Source of the DNA: Squalus acanthias
Lineage: Eukaryota
Reading direction: 5' to 3'
Assembly (NCBI GenBank): GCA_030390025.1
Contig: CM059432.1
Coordinates: forward strand, 88,972,001 to 89,036,000
DNA: 64,000 nucleotides
Shown here: piece by piece, positions 62,516-64,000 of the stretch
Numbering within the stretch: the stretch's first letter is position 1
Layout: every line of letters starts with the position of its first letter
Notes under the pieces: model-generated
The model's database searches: none
Seen by the model: the letters and a program-made list of their open reading frames with translations, nothing else
Told to the model about the DNA's origin: nothing
Position numbers and translations under genes: made by a program

Positions 62516-62772
62516 TCACAAGGTTTGTCACTTGGGTGAAATGTTATGTTTAATTCTGATAAGCCATCAGTAGCTTCTTGTAACTAAAAAATCTGATGCC
62601 GACTGCTGCAGTTGTGGCCTGTGTCATATCGCTATTGGGACTTCTACATTGCGGGCTTAGGAGGAGTAGCAGTTGTCAGAATGATGGTCAGAGTGCTAGG
62701 AAGATGATGGTTCCTGGCCATTAATGATGCTGTGGCAAGAAGCTGCGAGGCAAAAGTGGTTGCTTGGCTAGG

Positions 62773-63984
62773 CTAGGCAAATCTGGCCAAGATGAGTGCA
62801 TTCCTTGCATCCCGGCCAGCAATGGTCTCGCGTATTGCCGCCGCTGGTTGATGCGCCTCTGCCAGATGTTCGATTTCTCTCTCCTCCTCCTCCTCCTCCT
62901 CCTCATCTGAGGAGGATATGTGAGGAGCCTCTTGGACCTCAGCAATCTGTAAGCCACGACGCTGTGCCATGTTGTGAAGCACACAGCAAACCAGGACGAT
63001 TCTGGAGACCCTGGCTGCTGAGTATTGCAGGGCTCCACCTGATCTATCCAGGCATCTGAAGCGCATCTTCAGCAAGCCGATGGTTTGCTCGATGATGGAT
63101 CTTGTGGAAATGTGGCTCGAGTTGTAGCGCTCCTCAGCCTCGTTGGATGGGCTCCTCAACGGCGTCATTAGCCACTTCTTCAGGGGATAGCCCTTGTCTC
63201 CAAGTAGCCATCCGTCAAGTTGGTCTGGCGGACTGAAGAGCGGAGGCATACTAGACTGGCGCAGGATGAAGGAGTCATGGCAACTGCCAGGGTACTTGGC
63301 ACAAACATGCAAAATTTCCTTCTTGTGGTCACACACCAGCTGAACATTGAGGGAGTGGAAGCCCTTGCGGTTGACAAAAATACCTGGATTGCGATGGGGT
63401 GCCTTAAGGGCCACATGCGTGCAGTCAACAATGCCCTGCACCCTTGGAAAGCCTGCCAGATTAGCAAATCCAACCGCACGCGCCGTGACATTTGCATGAT
63501 CCTTGGAGAAATGGATGTGATTGTGCGCGATGGCAAAGAGGGCATCGGTTACCTGCGTGAAGCAAGTGTGTGCGGCCAGCTGGGAGATGCCGCTGATGTC
63601 TGCTGCTGATCCCTGGAATGAGCCTGAGGCAAAAAAGTTGAGTGCGATGGTGACTTTGAGGGCCACTGGTAAGGGGTGTCCACCTGCTCCTCTGGGCTCC
63701 AGATCTTGCTGCAGCATTGCGCAGATGTCACCCACTACCTCTCGCGAAAGTCGGAGCTGCCTTTGGCACTGCTGCTCAGTCATGTTGAGGTAGCTGATTC
63801 TCTGTCTGTAGACCCTGTTTTGGGGGGTATCTCCTGCGCCGATGTTCATCCATGCAGTGGCGCCCTCTGCCCTGAGCAGCTTCAGGTGGCTGAGCAGCAT
63901 GTTGGAACTGCTGCCGTTGCTCCTGCAGTTGGTTCTGCTGTTGCTCAGGGTTCTCCTGCTGCCGCGGCTGGTCTTCATCCTCAT
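62773..63984 (-). CDS. Harbinger DDE transposase (HARBI1-like nuclease); true N-terminus probably in another frame
   Basis: [69 protein letters not shown]; acidic C-terminal tract. Confidence 0.93.
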   Translation of the reverse strand: MRMKTSRGSRRTLSNSRTNCRSNGSSSNMLLSHLKLLRAEGATAWMNIGAGDTPQNRVYRQRISYLNMTEQQCQRQLRLSREVVGDICAMLQQDLEPRGAGGHPLPVALKVTIALNFFASGSFQGSAADISGISQLAAHTCFTQVTDALFAIAHNHIHFSKDHANVTARAVGFANLAGFPRVQGIVDCTHVALKAPHRNPGIFVNRKGFHSLNVQLVCDHKKEILHVCAKYPGSCHDSFILRQSSMPPLFSPPDQLDGWLLGDKGYPLKKWLMTPLRSPSNEAEERYNSSHISTRSIIEQTIGLLKMRFRCLDRSGGALQYSAARVSRIVLVCCVLHNMAQRRGLQIAEVQEAPHISSSDEEEEEEEEREIEHLAEAHQPAAAIRETIAGRDARNALILARFA

Positions 63985-64000
63985 CTGATGTCCAGGGGGA

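Larger units (their letters stand above)
60243..64000. mobile_element. Autonomous-type PIF/Harbinger transposon (right end outside window)
   Basis: Left TIR GGGCTCGATTTT preceded by TAA; convergent Myb/SANT gene and DDE transposase gene. Confidence 0.92.

Noticed and set aside
62773..63984. Host HARBI1 gene
   Set aside because: It sits inside a TIR-bounded element beside its Myb partner and has decayed paralogs nearby, so it is a transposon transposase, not the domesticated gene.

Overview
This is vertebrate genomic DNA, very probably from a shark or other elasmobranch. That call is an inference from the repeat mix: tRNA-Deu-L2 SINEs of SacSINE1 type, CR1 LINEs with an SGNH-esterase ORF1, L2, RTE, Penelope and many Harbinger elements. 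Most of the window is nested transposable elements, and I could not confirm any host protein-coding gene. Main contents: (1) a near-complete two-gene PIF/Harbinger DNA transposon running off the right edge, with a spliced Myb/SANT gene on + and a HARBI1-like DDE transposase on -, both apparently disabled, plus related MITEs and several older Harbinger relics; (2) a decayed Ty3/Gypsy element with a short LTR and a tRNA-Ser(GCT)-type PBS, hit by an RTE LINE, a MITE and a CR1; (3) a Penelope-like element (RT + GIY-YIG) and two minimal hammerhead-ribozyme motifs; (4) many CR1, L2, RTE and SINE fragments; (5) TE-poor islands with candidate small exons, and an unexplained 164-bp hairpin. Nothing here demonstrates a new biological system; the best leads are listed as findings. 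Boundaries were read by eye and are approximate unless TIRs or TSDs are quoted.
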